Notes under the pieces: model-generated
Databases searched by the model: none
Seen by the model: only the letters and a program-made list of their open reading frames with translations
What the model was told of the DNA's origin: nothing
Made by a program: the position numbers and the translations under genes
From: Alphaproteobacteria bacterium
GTDB lineage: Bacteria > Pseudomonadota > Alphaproteobacteria > UBA828
NCBI GenBank assembly: GCA_963422645.2
Contig: CAXXVO010000009.1
Span: 96,001 to 160,000, forward strand
Direction: 5' to 3'
Length of the DNA: 64,000 bases
Part shown: positions 39,506-49,099 of the stretch, piece after piece
How the letters are laid out: every line of letters starts with the position of its first letter
How positions within the stretch are numbered: the stretch's first letter is position 1

Positions 39506-41477
39506 CTGAACTTCCGGAGCGGATATTGAGCTAAGCCATTGCGGTTGCTTTGGAAAGCACCGTTTCGCGGAGTCGCGTACTGGGTACGCTACAGGCTGAC
39601 GCCGAGCAGGTCGAGCGCCTGGCGCTGCAGCTTCGTCGGTTTGGTGACCAGGTCGAAGGGCGGTGCTCCGGGCAGTTTCGGCTGAACTCTGTTCCTGGCG
39701 ATGGTCGCCAGGTCTTCGAGGAGGGTGCGGAAGCTATGCACCGGCACGCCGTCTGGTGTGCGCTTGGCGGCGGCCTTGCGCCGGGCCGAAGGCGAGGGCT
39801 TTGCCGGTGCGACGATGGAGGCGCGCGCGGCGTCCGCGCCCGCCGGGTCGTCCTCGTCGAACAGGATGGGGGCGAGCCTTTGGCGCATGTGCCACTCGAC
39901 ATGGTAGGCGAGCATGCACAGCAGGACGTGGGCGCGCACGCGCTCAGGCCGATAGTGGTGGATGGGCCGCACCTTGAGGTCGACCGTCTTGACGCTTCGG
40001 AAGGCGCGCTCGATGCGGCTCAATCCCTTGTAGGCGCGCACCGTGTCCTCGGCCCCGAGCTCGCGCTCGGACAGGCTGGTGCGGATGACGTAGAGGCCAT
40101 CGAGCGCCGCCTCTTCGGCGATCCGCTCTGCGTTGCGCCGCCAGGCGAAGCCGTCATCGGCGATCTCCAGGTCGAAGTGCTTTCCGACCTTGTGCTTGCC
40201 GATGACCTTGCCCACGCGCAGCCCGATCTTGTCCTTGCCGGCGAGACGGCGCTTGTCGCGCCGGGTTGCCGCACGGATCGCGTCGAGATCGCTCTCGGTG
40301 GCCTGGAGCAGGGCCTCGCGCTTGCGCGCGCGCTCTTCGGCGAGCAGCGGGTTGCGGCAGGCGATCAGGCGCTCGCCGGGGAAGTCGGGATGATGGATCT
40401 CGGCCAGGGCGCGCTCGTCGAAGAGCGAGAGCTGCAGCGTCCCGCCGGAGGCCAGCTCGCGGATCGCCGGCGCCCGCAGCGCGCTGATCCACTCCAGCCC
40501 GGCCGGCTTCACCTCCTCGCGGATGCGCGCCTCGGTGAGCATGCCGCGATCGCCCACGAGAACGACCCGCGAAAGCCGGAAGCGCCGGCGCAGCTTGTCG
40601 ATCTGCGTGCCCAGTGTGGCCGGATCGGCGGTGTTGCCCTCGAACACCTCCACCGCCACCGGGCAGCCCTGCGCGTTGCACAGAAGCCCGAACACGATCT
40701 GCAGCTTGCCGCGCTTGCCGTCGCGGGAGTAGCCGTGACGCGCCAGCGGACAGCAGCGCCCCTCCAGCCAGGTCGAAGTGACGTCGTAGAGCACCAGCGC
40801 GCCGTCCTCGAGATGACGCTCGGCCAGACCCCGCTCGATCCTGGGCTGGCGCTGCAGTAGCCAGTCCATCGCCTCGTAGAGCTCGTCTTCGCCGACCTCG
40901 CCCAGGGCGAGCGCCTCGCCGAGGCCGTGGCCAAGCGTGTCCTCGCTGAGCCCGCGCGCGGTGGCGAGCTTCGAGCGCGGCGCCACGATGCGGGCGACGA
41001 TCATGGCCACCACGAGATCGCGCAGCCGCGAGCGCCTGGCGCCGATCAGCCGTTCCAGACCGAGGCCGCGCAGGGCGCCGAGCACCGCTGCCACATGGCC
41101 GAAGGGACGCGAGCGGGTGATGTCGAAGCCGTCGTGCTCGCGGATCGTCTCGCCTCGGGGCACTGCGGTTCCGCCGCGCAGCAGGATGCGCAGACCGTCG
41201 ATCAGGTGCGGCGGCCACTTGGACAGATTGGCCAGGGTGCGTTTTCTGATTTTTCCGCCCGCGCGCCATGATTCGCGCAGGAGGATTGCGGGCGGGGAGT
41301 TCCGGTTTGGGACGCTCTCGATATACATGGGGACGGAACATAGCCCACCTCCCGCCTCATATCAACCACCTCTCTCCATTTACATGGGTACACTTTGCAT
41401 CTGCGCCGAAGGCCGATACGCCCGTAAGATCAACGGCTTAGCCCCGAAAATCAGCCCATTTCCGGGGGGAAGTTCGG
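39506..41477 (-). mobile_element. IS1634-family insertion sequence
   Basis: Ends CTGAACTTCC / GGAAGTTCGG; 6-bp direct repeat GTTAGA at 39500-39505 and 41478-41483. Confidence 0.9.
39589..41328 (-). CDS. IS1634-family transposase
   Basis: MYIESVPNRNSPPAILLRES, LYDVTSTWLEG, GYSRDGK, VGDRGML, YKGLSRIERAFR. Confidence 0.93.
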   Translation of the reverse strand: MYIESVPNRNSPPAILLRESWRAGGKIRKRTLANLSKWPPHLIDGLRILLRGGTAVPRGETIREHDGFDITRSRPFGHVAAVLGALRGLGLERLIGARRSRLRDLVVAMIVARIVAPRSKLATARGLSEDTLGHGLGEALALGEVGEDELYEAMDWLLQRQPRIERGLAERHLEDGALVLYDVTSTWLEGRCCPLARHGYSRDGKRGKLQIVFGLLCNAQGCPVAVEVFEGNTADPATLGTQIDKLRRRFRLSRVVLVGDRGMLTEARIREEVKPAGLEWISALRAPAIRELASGGTLQLSLFDERALAEIHHPDFPGERLIACRNPLLAEERARKREALLQATESDLDAIRAATRRDKRRLAGKDKIGLRVGKVIGKHKVGKHFDLEIADDGFAWRRNAERIAEEAALDGLYVIRTSLSERELGAEDTVRAYKGLSRIERAFRSVKTVDLKVRPIHHYRPERVRAHVLLCMLAYHVEWHMRQRLAPILFDEDDPAGADAARASIVAPAKPSPSARRKAAAKRTPDGVPVHSFRTLLEDLATIARNRVQPKLPGAPPFDLVTKPTKLQRQALDLLGVSL

Positions 41478-41796
41478 GTTAGACCAGATTGAAGATGAAT
41501 TCGGGAACGACCGTGTTTTCCTCGCTGAGAACGCATGGGAGGAGATCGAAACCTGGGCTCTCGCGGGACTCACCCTACCCAGAGATTGGCGTTGGGCAGA
41601 CATTCGCGCTGAGGTGCATGTCAAAGAGCGCTACTTCAAGATTTTGGCGGAAGAGCGCCGCGTGACCGACCGCCCGGGCGGTGGCCGCAAGGCGTTGGGC
41701 GAAGAGGCAGCACGCCGTATCGACGCAATCCGCTTGAAGTGCCCCGAGGACTTCGACAACCTGACCCGACGAATCGAGGCCAAGGTCGCTGTGTAG
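41478..41796 (+). pseudogene. C-terminal fragment of the probable ATPase partner gene (DUF4276/TOPRIM-like, inferred)
   Basis: Reads RLDQIEDEFGNDRVFLAENAWEEIETWALAG...CPEDFDNL...KVAV*; ExEtW motif; lower GC like the ATPase. Confidence 0.6.
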
Positions 41797-41839
41797 AGGG
41801 CACGGAGCGCGGGCACGACTTCAGAAACACGCCTCTTGT

Positions 41840-42985
41840 TCAGAAACACGCCTCCAGCAGCTTTCGGGTGTTTTCCGCCGTCATGGGGACCGGGTTGCCG
41901 CCGGCTGTGGGGTCGTCGAGGGCCATGGCGGTGAGGTCGTCGAGACGGTCTGCTGTGACGTCCATCGCGCTGAGGGTCTTGGGGATGCCCAGTGTCTCGC
42001 GCAGCTCCAGCACGCGCTCGTGGAAGGCCGGATAGCCGCCCTTGAGCCCGAGATAGGCGGCGGCATGGGTGAGCCGTTCCTCCACCGCAGGGCGGTTCAT
42101 GTCGAGCACGTAGGGCATGACGCAGGCGTTGGTGGTGCCGTGGTGGGTGTCGAAGACAGCGCCAACCGGATGACTCAGCGCGTGGATCGCGCCGAGGCCC
42201 TTCTGAAACGCGGTCGCGCCCATGCTGGCAGCGGCCATCATGTGGCCCCGCGCCTCCAGATCGCTCCCGTCGGCGTAGGCGCGGCACAGGTTCTCATGCA
42301 CGAGGCGCATCCCCTCGAGCGCGATGCCCTGCCCCATGGGGTGATAGAAGGGCGAGCAATAGGCCTCCAGGCAGTGGGCCAGGGCGTCCATTCCCGTGCC
42401 AGCCGTGATCGGCTTCGGCATGCCGACGGTCAGCTCGGGGTCGGCGATGACCACCGTGGGCAGCACCTTGGGGTGGAAGATGATCTTCTTCACCCGCGTC
42501 TCGGAGTTGGTGATGACGCTGGCGCGGCCGACCTCGGACCCGGTGCCGGCGGTGGTGGGAAGGGCGATACTGGGTGCAATGGCGTCCGCATCGGCACGGG
42601 CCCACCAGTCGCCCACATCCTCGAAGTCCCAGACCGGGCGGGACTGGCCGGCCATGAAGGCGACCATCTTGCCGAGGTCCAGCGCCGAGCCGCCGCCGAA
42701 GGCGACCACGCCGTCGTGGCCGCCTGCGCGGTAGGCGACGACGCCGGCATCGAGGTTCTTCTCGGTGGGATTGGCGTCGACTTCCGCGAAGACCGCGCGG
42801 CCGAGACCGCCCTCCTCCATGACGTCGAGGGCGGCTTGCGTCATCGGCAGCGAGGCCAGGCCCCGGTCGGTCACGAGCAGGGGCCTCTGGATCTTTGCAT
42901 CGGCGCAGGCGGCCGGCAGCTCGGCGATGCGGCCCGCGCCGAAGCGGATGGCGGTGGGGTATGACCAGTTGGCGGTGAGCGTCAT
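41840..42985 (-). CDS. Iron-containing alcohol dehydrogenase
   Basis: GGGSALD, PTTAGTGSE, GMDALAH, HALSH..THHG. Confidence 0.94.
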   Translation of the reverse strand: MTLTANWSYPTAIRFGAGRIAELPAACADAKIQRPLLVTDRGLASLPMTQAALDVMEEGGLGRAVFAEVDANPTEKNLDAGVVAYRAGGHDGVVAFGGGSALDLGKMVAFMAGQSRPVWDFEDVGDWWARADADAIAPSIALPTTAGTGSEVGRASVITNSETRVKKIIFHPKVLPTVVIADPELTVGMPKPITAGTGMDALAHCLEAYCSPFYHPMGQGIALEGMRLVHENLCRAYADGSDLEARGHMMAAASMGATAFQKGLGAIHALSHPVGAVFDTHHGTTNACVMPYVLDMNRPAVEERLTHAAAYLGLKGGYPAFHERVLELRETLGIPKTLSAMDVTADRLDDLTAMALDDPTAGGNPVPMTAENTRKLLEACF

Positions 42986-43032
42986 GGGATGACCTTCCTG
43001 GAGTGGAGAGGCTGGAACTGGACACGGGCGGA

Positions 43033-43563
43033 CTATCCAGCGTCCGACGAAGACCTTCCATACAGCGCCTCGGTGATCACGGCGAGGGGAAGGATGAGCT
43101 TGAGCGGATCGTCCAGCAGCCGCAGGGCGCCGAAGCGCCGGTACCACTGCGCGGCGTTCCGATCCTGCGCGTCGATGGCAAGCGCCACACCGCCGACCTC
43201 TGCCGCAACGGCCAACGCACGCGCGCCGGCGGCCAGCAGCAGATCGCCGCCGAGCCCCCGGCCCTGTGCGGATCGATCGACCGCGAGACGCCCGAGCCGG
43301 AATACGGGCACTTCGTAGCGGCCGAGCCTCTTGGTCAGGCTCTCCGGCACATCGGCGAACGCGATGGCGCCGGGACTGATCGTGTAGAAGCCGAGAATGT
43401 GTGTTGGTTCCGTTGTCGACACGGCGACAAAGGTCTTGGCGCCGCCTGACTCGTGGTTCTGCCGGGCGTAGCGGCGGAGATAGGCGTTGAGGTCCTCAAC
43501 CCCGCAATCGAAGCTCTTGCGGTCGTGATGGCGGCCGATGGGCTCTTCCCGCCAATCCACCAA
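43033..43563 (-). CDS. GNAT-family acetyltransferase toxin (TacT/AtaT-like)
   Basis: HHDRKSFDCG..LNAYL, LGRLAVD..QGRGLG, A.WYRRFG. Confidence 0.9.
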   Translation of the reverse strand: MVDWREEPIGRHHDRKSFDCGVEDLNAYLRRYARQNHESGGAKTFVAVSTTEPTHILGFYTISPGAIAFADVPESLTKRLGRYEVPVFRLGRLAVDRSAQGRGLGGDLLLAAGARALAVAAEVGGVALAIDAQDRNAAQWYRRFGALRLLDDPLKLILPLAVITEALYGRSSSDAG

Positions 43564-43568
43564 CGCGA

Positions 43569-43847
43569 TTACGTCCTGGCGGCACGGCGGCGCGCGGCTT
43601 CCATCAGGGCAGGCGTGGGTTCGGGAGGATTCTCCAGCAGTGACAACACGCGCGCACTGTCGCGTTCGGAGAGAACGATGCGCTCGGCGCGGTCCATCAC
43701 GTCCCGTGCGGCGGGAAGCGTGTTGCGCATGATGAAGCTGGTGAGGTCCAGCCGCTCGTGCGCGGCGGCGGCGGTCAGCAGCCGCTTTTCCTCCCTGGTC
43801 GCCCGCAGTTCAATCCGCTCTCCGCGCGGCGCAGCGGTCGCCGTCAT
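43569..43847 (-). CDS. DUF1778 RHH antitoxin (TacA-like)
   Basis: ERIELRAT.EEK.LL..AA, LTSFI, LLENPPEPTPAL. Confidence 0.9.
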   Translation of the reverse strand: MTATAAPRGERIELRATREEKRLLTAAAAHERLDLTSFIMRNTLPAARDVMDRAERIVLSERDSARVLSLLENPPEPTPALMEAARRRAART

Positions 43848-44399
43848 GGCCCCTTCCTCATTTCCCCAATTATGTACGGAAGAGATACGGACAATAAGGG
43901 CCGAGTCAAGATGCGTCGGCTGACCGCACGGCCCGGAACTCACATAGTGGCCGGAAATTAGGGACGACTGCCTCCGATCGATGAAGGCAGCCGTCCCCCC
44001 TCGCTGGGCCCGCGTTCTGTCCTGGGCCCGGTTCCTGGTGTTCGTCTACGCGTGGAGCTCGATGTCTATCGGGACCGGGTCAGCCGATGTGCGATCCTGT
44101 CGCGTCCGGTTGCCTCGCTGCGCGAGGCAGGATGGATCGCTCTATCGTCTCCTCGGCTCGCCAGCGCCTCCTACGTCGGGGCGCCGACCACGAGATGCCT
44201 TTTTGTGCTCCACCTCCTGTCGCCGGGCTGCACTTGATGGCGGCGTTCAGCGACGCGGTCGAGAGTGCCTGCCTGGCGAGATCGCGTCCAATACCGAATT
44301 CTCATAATTGGCATAAGAGCCGCTTATGCCGTGGCAGCATCGCCCCGAGAGGTCGTTGTGATGGCTATGTGGGAGTAGGTCGCGCGGTATTCCTGCCGC

Positions 44400-45761
44400 T
44401 TACTCCTCGCGCATTGAGCGGTAGAAGAAGTCCGTCACCGGCTTGACCAGATAGCTCATCACCGAGCGCTCTGAGGTACGGATGTGCGCCTCGACCGGCA
44501 TGCCGGGGGTCAACGCCAGATCCCCGGCCACCTGGATTGCTCCCGCCGAATTGCCCGTCTCATCCGCGCCACTCTCCCCGCCGGGGCCGAGCGGCCCATC
44601 CAGCGCAAGCTCGACCTCGTACCAGGAGGCTCCGCTCTCGGTATCGCGTACCGCGTCCGGCGAGACCCGCACCACGTGGCCGTCGAACTCCGGCGTCACG
44701 CGCGCGGGGAAGGCCGAGAAGCGCAGCTTCGCCGCCTGCCCCGGATAGACTTGGTCCACGTCGATCGGGTTGAGCTGCGCCATCACCACCAGCCCGGCAT
44801 CGTCCGGCATGATTTGCAGGATCGGCTCGCCCGGCCGCACCACCTCCTGCGGCGCGAACACCGCGAGCCCGAACACCTCGCCCGAGACCGGCGCCCGCAC
44901 CTCCATCCGGCCCAGGCTGTCGCGCACCGAGGCCAGGCGTTCCTCGACCTCGTTCTCCTGCGCCTGCACGTCGCGGGCCTGCGCCTCCGCCTGCTCGATG
45001 AGCCCTGCGTCGATTTGCAGAATCTGGATTTCGTACTCGGCTATCTTGCCCCGTGCGCGGGCGATGGAGGCCGTGACGGACCCCATCCGGCCCTTGAGAT
45101 CTTCGGCGGCGCGCTCGACCGCCAGCAGCCTGTCCAGCCGCGTGAGTTGCTTGTCGAAGAGCGTGCGCTGGGCCTCCAGCTCGCGGTCGACCAGCCCGAC
45201 CTGTTCCTGCAACGAGGCCGACTGGGCTTCGAGGCCGGCGATTTCCTCCTGCGCCTGCCCGATCCGCTCGCGGAACTGCGCCACCTCGCCGGCACGGGCA
45301 GCAGCCCGCGCCGCGAACAACCGCTCCTGGCCGTCGAGGATGTCCCGCGCCCGGGGGTCCGCCGCCGCCGTCGCCGCTAGCTCAGCGTCCCAGACGATGG
45401 CCGCCGCGCCCTAAAACTCGGCCTCCAGCCGGTTCCGCCGCGCCACGAGCTCGGCATGTTGGGCTTCGAGGATGGCTGCCTCCGAGCGCAGCCTCCCGTC
45501 GCTGAAGCACAGCAACACGTCGCCCTCGGCCACGCGGTCGCCGTTGCGCACCAGGATCTCGCTGACCGTGCCGCCCTCGATGTGCTCGACCACCTGGTTG
45601 TGGTTCTCGACCTCGACCCGGCCGCTGGCGACAACCGCGCCAGAGATCGAAGCGAGCACGCTCCAGCCCACGAGGCCGACGACCAGCACCACCACGCTGG
45701 CGAACCCGAGCACCAGCGCCCGCCCGGCCGAGAAGCGCCTGCGGGACGTGCGCGCCGTCAT
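44400..45761 (-). pseudogene. HlyD/PrtE type I secretion adaptor with in-frame TAG at 45411-45413
   Basis: VEHIEGGTV.EILV.NGD.V; frame continues past the stop to VRAPVSG, LTPGMPVEAHI. Confidence 0.88.
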
Positions 45762-47542
45762 GGTGCGCTCTCCCCGATCAACTGGCTGACCGTGGCGGCG
45801 ATCTGCTCGTCAGGGCTCTGCGCGGGAGCGGGCAGAGAGTCTCCCCTCTTCCTCACGCTCACCGGCAAGCGTTCGACGGGCGCCTTGCGGTCGCGCGCGG
45901 CGGGCACCGGACGCCCGCCCTCCATCAGATAGACTTGGCCGCACTGCGCGAAGGCGCTTTGACGATGGGCGACGACGACCGCCGCGCCGCCCCGCTCCTT
46001 GTGTCCCTGGACCGCGCGGGCGAGCGCCATGGTACCGACCGCATCCAGGTTGGAATCGGGCTCGTCCAGCACCACCACCACGGGCGAGCCATAGAAGGCG
46101 CGGGCCAGCGCGATGCGTTGGCGCTGCCCGCCCGAGAGCGCCGCGCCGCCCGCCGAGATCTGAAAGTCATAGCCGTCCGGCAGCCGCAGGATCATCTCGT
46201 GCGCGCCGGTACGCTTCGCGGCATCGACCACGTCCTCGTCCCTGGCGGCGGGCGAGAAGCGGGCGATGTTCTCGGCGACGGTGCCCCCGAAGAGCACCAC
46301 TTCCTGCGGCAGGTAGCCGACGTGCTGGCCCAGCGTCTGGCCGTACTGATCGAGCGCTGCGCCGTCGAGCCGCACCGTGCCGCCTATCGGCCGCCAGACG
46401 CCCGCGAGCGCGCGGGCGAGCGTGGACTTGCCGGACGCCGACGGCCCCGCGATCCCCATCGCCTGCCCCGGTTCGAGCCGGAACGACGCGCCGCGCACCG
46501 CAGGCGCCCTCGCGCCCGGCGCCGCAACCGTGAGCGCCTGGGCTTCCAGGATGGCGCAGGGCTGGGGCAGCTCCGTGCGATGCTGCTCCGGCGGCGTTTT
46601 TTCCAGGAGTTCCGCCAGAGAGCGACGCGCCGCCAGCACGCGCTGCAGCTGCGGCCACTGCGCCACCGCCTGATCGATCGGCGCAAGCGCGCGGCCCAGC
46701 AGGATCGAAGCGGCGATCATCACCCCAAAACTCACCTGGCCGTGGATTGCGAGCCAGGCGCCGAGCCCCAGCATCATGGACTGGAGGAAGAGCCGGAGCG
46801 TCTTGGAGGTGACGTGGAAGAAGCCACTCCGGTCGGACGCCGCTAAGGTCCGCTCGAGCAACTCGTCCCTGTATTCGTCGGAGCGCGCGATCACCGCGTC
46901 CTGCATGCCGAGGCCGTGCACGGTCTCGCTGCCGGCCCGCATCTGCTCGACGAAGTGCGCGGAGCGGTTGTGCGCCTCGCTCACCTCGTGCTGCAGCCGC
47001 GCCGTCCGCGCCTGGTTGAGCAGGGCGATGAGCAGCAGCAGGATGCCCGAGAACACCGCCAAGGCGCCCAGCATCCAATGGAACATGAAGAGCGCGCAGA
47101 GGAACACCGGCGTCCACGGCGCATCGAAGAAGGCGAAGGGCCCTGAGCCCGCGAAGAAGCGCTGGATCGCTTCGAGATCGCGCACCCCGGTCGCGGGCCG
47201 GGACCGCTCGGCGGGTGCAATGGCGCGGGTCAGGATTGCCCGCAGCACTCGCGAATCGAGCCTGGCCTGAAGCCGGGCTCCGGCGCGAGCCAGCACGCGG
47301 CCGCGCGCGTGATCCAGAATCCCCATCATCAGGAAGAGGAAGGCGACGATGCCGATGAGCGTGACCAGCGTCGCCTCCGAGCGCGAGGCCAGCACCCGGT
47401 CGTAGACCTGGAGCATGAAGAGCGGCCCGGTCAGCATCAGGATGTTCACGAAGACGCTGAAGAGGCCGACCGAGACGAAGAGGCGCCGGCTCTCCGCTAG
47501 TGCGCCTCTAATCTCCCGATCGCCGTTCCGGCTCTCCGACAT
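45758..47542 (-). CDS. Type I secretion permease/ATPase (PrtD-like)
   Basis: LFMLQVYDRVL.SRS..TL, GPSASGKS, LSGGQRQR, VLDEP. Confidence 0.94.
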   Translation of the reverse strand: MSESRNGDREIRGALAESRRLFVSVGLFSVFVNILMLTGPLFMLQVYDRVLASRSEATLVTLIGIVAFLFLMMGILDHARGRVLARAGARLQARLDSRVLRAILTRAIAPAERSRPATGVRDLEAIQRFFAGSGPFAFFDAPWTPVFLCALFMFHWMLGALAVFSGILLLLIALLNQARTARLQHEVSEAHNRSAHFVEQMRAGSETVHGLGMQDAVIARSDEYRDELLERTLAASDRSGFFHVTSKTLRLFLQSMMLGLGAWLAIHGQVSFGVMIAASILLGRALAPIDQAVAQWPQLQRVLAARRSLAELLEKTPPEQHRTELPQPCAILEAQALTVAAPGARAPAVRGASFRLEPGQAMGIAGPSASGKSTLARALAGVWRPIGGTVRLDGAALDQYGQTLGQHVGYLPQEVVLFGGTVAENIARFSPAARDEDVVDAAKRTGAHEMILRLPDGYDFQISAGGAALSGGQRQRIALARAFYGSPVVVVLDEPDSNLDAVGTMALARAVQGHKERGGAAVVVAHRQSAFAQCGQVYLMEGGRPVPAARDRKAPVERLPVSVRKRGDSLPAPAQSPDEQIAATVSQLIGESAP

Positions 47543-47829
47543 TGAACTGCTTCCCTATGGATTGACCGACCGTGTCATCTTTCTCAGCGCTCCTGCCGGC
47601 GCCCCCGCGCCCCTTGTTCCGGGTGGATCGAATGCTGTCTCTCTTGGAATTGGCGCCGGCGTGAGCGCCTTCAACGCCGGCCCGGGAATTATATTCTTAT
47701 GGTTGCCCTAATATGCCTTAGCGGCAGTCCCGCGCCGGTGTGCGGTCCCGTCGCGTTGCGGCGGGGGCGGGGCGGACGCAGAATGGAATGGGCCGATGCG
47801 GGCCTCGCAAAGGGAGCGGAGAGCCTTTC

Positions 47830-49056
47830 ATGGCAGGAGCGATGATCGACATTCCCGTCGCCGGCGGCGGCGAGTTCAGGGGCTATATGACGGTGCCGGA
47901 AGCGGGCAGCGGGCCGGGCCTGCTGATCGAGCAGGAGATTTTCGGGGTCAACGCGAGCCTGCGGGCGATCGCCGACCTTTACGCCGAGGAAGGCTATGTC
48001 TGCCTCGTGCCCGATCTCTTCTGGCGGATGGAGCCGGGCGTGGACCTCGGCTACGACCAGGCCGACTTCGCCAAGGCCTTCGGGTATTACCAGCGCTTCG
48101 ACGTGGACCAGGGAGTCGCCGACGTCGGTGCCGCGGTCGAAGCCTTGCGGGCGCGGCCGGAGTGCACGGGCCAAGTGGCGGCGATGGGCTTCTGCCTCGG
48201 CGGCAAGCTCGCCTACCTCACCGCCACGCGGCACGACGTGGACGCGGCGGTCTCGTTCTACGGCGTCGGCATCGAGGAGGCGCTGGACGAGTCAGGGGGT
48301 ATCGCTTGCCCCATGCTCATGCACTTCGCCGGCGAGGATGGGTTCGTCCCGCAGACGGCAGTGGATGCCATCTCGGACCACTTCGCCGATCGGCCGGAGG
48401 TGCGGATCCACGTCTATCCCGGCGTGGATCATGCCTTCTACAACCACGATCGGAGCGAGGTTTACCACCGACCGTCGGCCATGGTCGCTCATTCGCGCAC
48501 CATCGCGCTGCTGCGGGGTGCGATCGGCCCCGCTTACGACCTCGAGAGGCTGTGGGATCGTCACCTCGACTACGAGTTCGCGACGCGGGACACCGACAAG
48601 ACCATGGCCACCATGGTGGCCGAGCCCTACGTCAACCACATCCCGACAATGACCGGCGGCACCGGCGCCGACGCGCTGAGCCGCTTCTACGCCGAGCACT
48701 TCATCCCGAAGATGCCGAAGGACACGACGCTGACCCCGCTTTCGCGCACGGTGGGCGCGGACCGGGTGGTGGACGAGCTGATCTTCAGCTTCACCCACAA
48801 CGAGGAGATCGACTGGATGCTCCCCGGCGTGGCCCCCACGGGCAAGAGGGTCAGCGTGCCGCTGGTCGCCATCGTGGCCTTCCGCGGCGACAGGCTCCAT
48901 CACGAGCACATCTATTGGGATCAGGCCTCGGTGCTGGTGCAGATCGGTTTGCTGGAGCCGCAGGGGCTGCCTGTCGGCGGCGTCGAGACCGCGCACAAGG
49001 CCGCCGACGAGTCGCTGCCGTCGAACCGCCTGATCCCCGGCTGGTCCGACGACTAG
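47830..49056 (+). CDS. Dienelactone hydrolase fused to a SnoaL-like domain
   Basis: QEIFGVN, GFCLGG, YPGVDHAF; C-terminal YVNHIPTMTGG..HEHIYWDQASVL. Confidence 0.9.
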   Translation: MAGAMIDIPVAGGGEFRGYMTVPEAGSGPGLLIEQEIFGVNASLRAIADLYAEEGYVCLVPDLFWRMEPGVDLGYDQADFAKAFGYYQRFDVDQGVADVGAAVEALRARPECTGQVAAMGFCLGGKLAYLTATRHDVDAAVSFYGVGIEEALDESGGIACPMLMHFAGEDGFVPQTAVDAISDHFADRPEVRIHVYPGVDHAFYNHDRSEVYHRPSAMVAHSRTIALLRGAIGPAYDLERLWDRHLDYEFATRDTDKTMATMVAEPYVNHIPTMTGGTGADALSRFYAEHFIPKMPKDTTLTPLSRTVGADRVVDELIFSFTHNEEIDWMLPGVAPTGKRVSVPLVAIVAFRGDRLHHEHIYWDQASVLVQIGLLEPQGLPVGGVETAHKAADESLPSNRLIPGWSDD

Positions 49057-49099
49057 AACGCCCGAGGCCGATGGCGGCGCACGCTCGGGCCAGCGAGGC

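Noticed and set aside
43981-44399. Short ORFs and hairpin GGCATAAG-AGCCG-CTTATGCC
   Set aside because: No recognisable protein or RNA family; insufficient support for a call.
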